Positions 62,221 to 64,000 of a stretch of 64,000 nucleotides of DNA are shown here, in pieces (the first letter of the stretch is position 1; each line of letters begins with the position of its first letter). The stretch lies in contig JAVRCV020000033.1 of NCBI GenBank assembly GCA_034530615.2, positions 32,001 to 96,000 on the forward strand, read 5' to 3'. Below the pieces are notes generated by a model. The model did no database searches and was not told where the DNA came from. It worked only from the letters and a program-made list of their open reading frames with translations. This stretch comes from Aulosira sp. ZfuVER01. GTDB taxonomy: Bacteria > Cyanobacteriota > Cyanobacteriia > Cyanobacteriales > Nostocaceae. Made by a program: the position numbers and the translations under genes.

Positions 62221-63603
62221 ATGAATAGCCCAGTTTATCAAACTGTGATTGTCGGCGGTGGTTTTACCGGATTATTTACAGCATTACACCTAGCTCACGA
62301 ACACTATCCTCGCTCTGTAATTTTGATTGATAAAAATGAGCGATTTTGTTTTAAGCCTTTACTGTATGAATATTTCGATGGCGAGATGGATAGTGTGCAA
62401 GTAGTACCACGATTTTCGGAATTACTTCGAGGTAGTGGTGTGATTTTTGTTCAGGATTCAGTGCAGTCAATAGACTTGCATCAACGGGAAGTCAAATTAG
62501 CTTCGGGAAACTCCTACAACTACAGTAACTTAGTCTTAGCTTTGGGAAGTGTTACTGGCTATCATCACATTGAAGGTGCTCAAGAAAATGCTTTTCCTTT
62601 CTGGACACAAGCAGATGCGATCGCACTTGACAAACATTTACGCGACTGTTTGCAAAAAGCCTTGCAAACTGAAGATCTAGAACAACGTCGGCAATTACTC
62701 ACAGTAGTTGTGGTTGGTGGTGGTGCTTCCGGTATCGAAATGGCAGCTACCTTGGCTGATTTTTTGCCACATTGGTATAGTGCTTTAGGCGGCAATCAAA
62801 GTGAAATTCGTGTAGTATTGCTCAATCACGGTACAGAAATTCTCGATGGCGATATTAACGATCCACTACGTCCGATCGCTGAACAGGAATTAAAAAAACG
62901 TATTGTTCCGATAGAAATCATTCTTGAAGCAGAAGCAACAGCCGTTCGCCCCACCGCAGTTGAATATAAGTCTGGCGATCGCGTTGAAACACTACCAACT
63001 TACACAACAATCTGGACAGCTGGCACTTCTACTAATCCATTGATTCAAGATTTACCCATTCCTTCAGAACATCGAGATCAACACGATCGCCTCCTCGTCA
63101 CTCCGACGATGCAACTACTCGACTTTCCTGAAGTCTTTGCAGGTGGTGATTGTGCAGCTGTACAAGATACTTCCTTACCACCTACAGCCCAAGTAGCGTA
63201 TCAACAAGGAGCTAATATTGCCACTAATTTGAAAGCGATCGCGCTCGGAGAAGAACCCGAACCGAAGACAGTTAATATCCGGGGAACCCTGTTGAAGTTG
63301 GGGGTAAATGATGCTGCTGCTAACTTGTTCAATGTTTTTGAAGTTGCAGGCGAACCGGCACACTTAATTCGTCAAGGCACTTATTTAACGCTATTACCAA
63401 CGCCAATTCATGACTTCAAAGCCACAACTGAATGGGTAAATGAAGAGATTTTTCACCATCACCTTGATTCTCAAGATGTAGGTAAAAAAGTGGTGCAAGC
63501 GGTGGAATTAGTTGGTGCAGGAATCGTTGGTGTTTTAGTTACGAGAAAATTATTAAAAATGTTGGGTGATGACGATAAAAAAGACGAAGTAATGGAGAGT
63601 TAA
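62221..63603 (+). CDS. Type II NAD(P)H:quinone oxidoreductase (NDH-2) family flavoprotein
   Basis: GGGFTG, FKPLLYE, GGGASGIEMA, IWTAG, GGDCA, PPTAQVAYQQG. Confidence 0.9.
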   Translation: MNSPVYQTVIVGGGFTGLFTALHLAHEHYPRSVILIDKNERFCFKPLLYEYFDGEMDSVQVVPRFSELLRGSGVIFVQDSVQSIDLHQREVKLASGNSYNYSNLVLALGSVTGYHHIEGAQENAFPFWTQADAIALDKHLRDCLQKALQTEDLEQRRQLLTVVVVGGGASGIEMAATLADFLPHWYSALGGNQSEIRVVLLNHGTEILDGDINDPLRPIAEQELKKRIVPIEIILEAEATAVRPTAVEYKSGDRVETLPTYTTIWTAGTSTNPLIQDLPIPSEHRDQHDRLLVTPTMQLLDFPEVFAGGDCAAVQDTSLPPTAQVAYQQGANIATNLKAIALGEEPEPKTVNIRGTLLKLGVNDAAANLFNVFEVAGEPAHLIRQGTYLTLLPTPIHDFKATTEWVNEEIFHHHLDSQDVGKKVVQAVELVGAGIVGVLVTRKLLKMLGDDDKKDEVMES

Positions 63604-63646
63604 GCTCAATACTCATAAAACATTAACAGTACAGAGGCTATTGAAT

Positions 63647-64000
63647 ATGTCTAGCCAAACCGATGTACAGGTACAAAGAATTAGAGCTATTGGATTAACA
63701 GTGACAAACTGCGATCGCTCTTGGCAATTTTATACAAAAGCCCTTGGTTTTGAACTCGTTAGCGATATTACTGTTGAAAGAAAGGATTATAACGAACTGG
63801 AAGGTGTAAGGGGGGCAAAAATTCGCATTATCTCTTTGCGATTAAGAGATGAACTCATTGAATTGATGGAATATCTCAACATTCACTCTCAACCTATACC
63901 CAGCGATTCCCAAAGTAATGACCTGTGGTTTCAACATCTAGCGATTGTGGTGAGTGATATGGATCGCGCCTATTCGCATTTGCGTTCATTTCCAATTGAA
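63647..64000 (+). CDS. VOC/glyoxalase family protein, runs off the window
   Basis: Manual translation MSSQTDVQVQRIRAIGLTV...FYTKALGF...IELMEY...SNDLWFQHLAIVVSDMDRAY. Confidence 0.88.
   Translation, partial: MSSQTDVQVQRIRAIGLTVTNCDRSWQFYTKALGFELVSDITVERKDYNELEGVRGAKIRIISLRLRDELIELMEYLNIHSQPIPSDSQSNDLWFQHLAIVVSDMDRAYSHLRSFPIE

Overview
64 kb of chromosome from a filamentous, probably heterocyst-forming cyanobacterium (Nostocales-like). Evidence: many HIP1 GCGATCGC octamers, heptamer STRR arrays, and typical gene families. The left part has housekeeping and regulatory genes (rnz, B12 radical SAM, BlaI/M56 pair, sucrase-ferredoxin behind Fur-like boxes, ABC transporter). A HIP1-poor accessory island follows (about 10.6-17.9 kb): HpcH aldolase, cupin, 2OG-Fe(II) oxygenase, and two secreted orphan proteins, one split by an intact IS4-family element with a 9-bp target duplication. 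The middle has a giant Ser/Thr kinase-AAA-GAF-HK gene, a DXCF cyanobacteriochrome kinase/Rcp-like/hybrid kinase operon, hisG, an OmpR regulator, two acyltransferases and several pseudogenes. The right third (46.5-64 kb) is the best candidate for an undescribed system. Hydrolytic glucan-degrading genes (GH15 glucoamylase, debranching enzyme) and a glucose 1-dehydrogenase-type SDR are divergently paired with a DUF2231-DUF2231-ARTO oxidase-NDH-2-VOC operon. No rRNA, tRNA or CRISPR array was seen. All family assignments come from motif recognition by eye; no searches were run.
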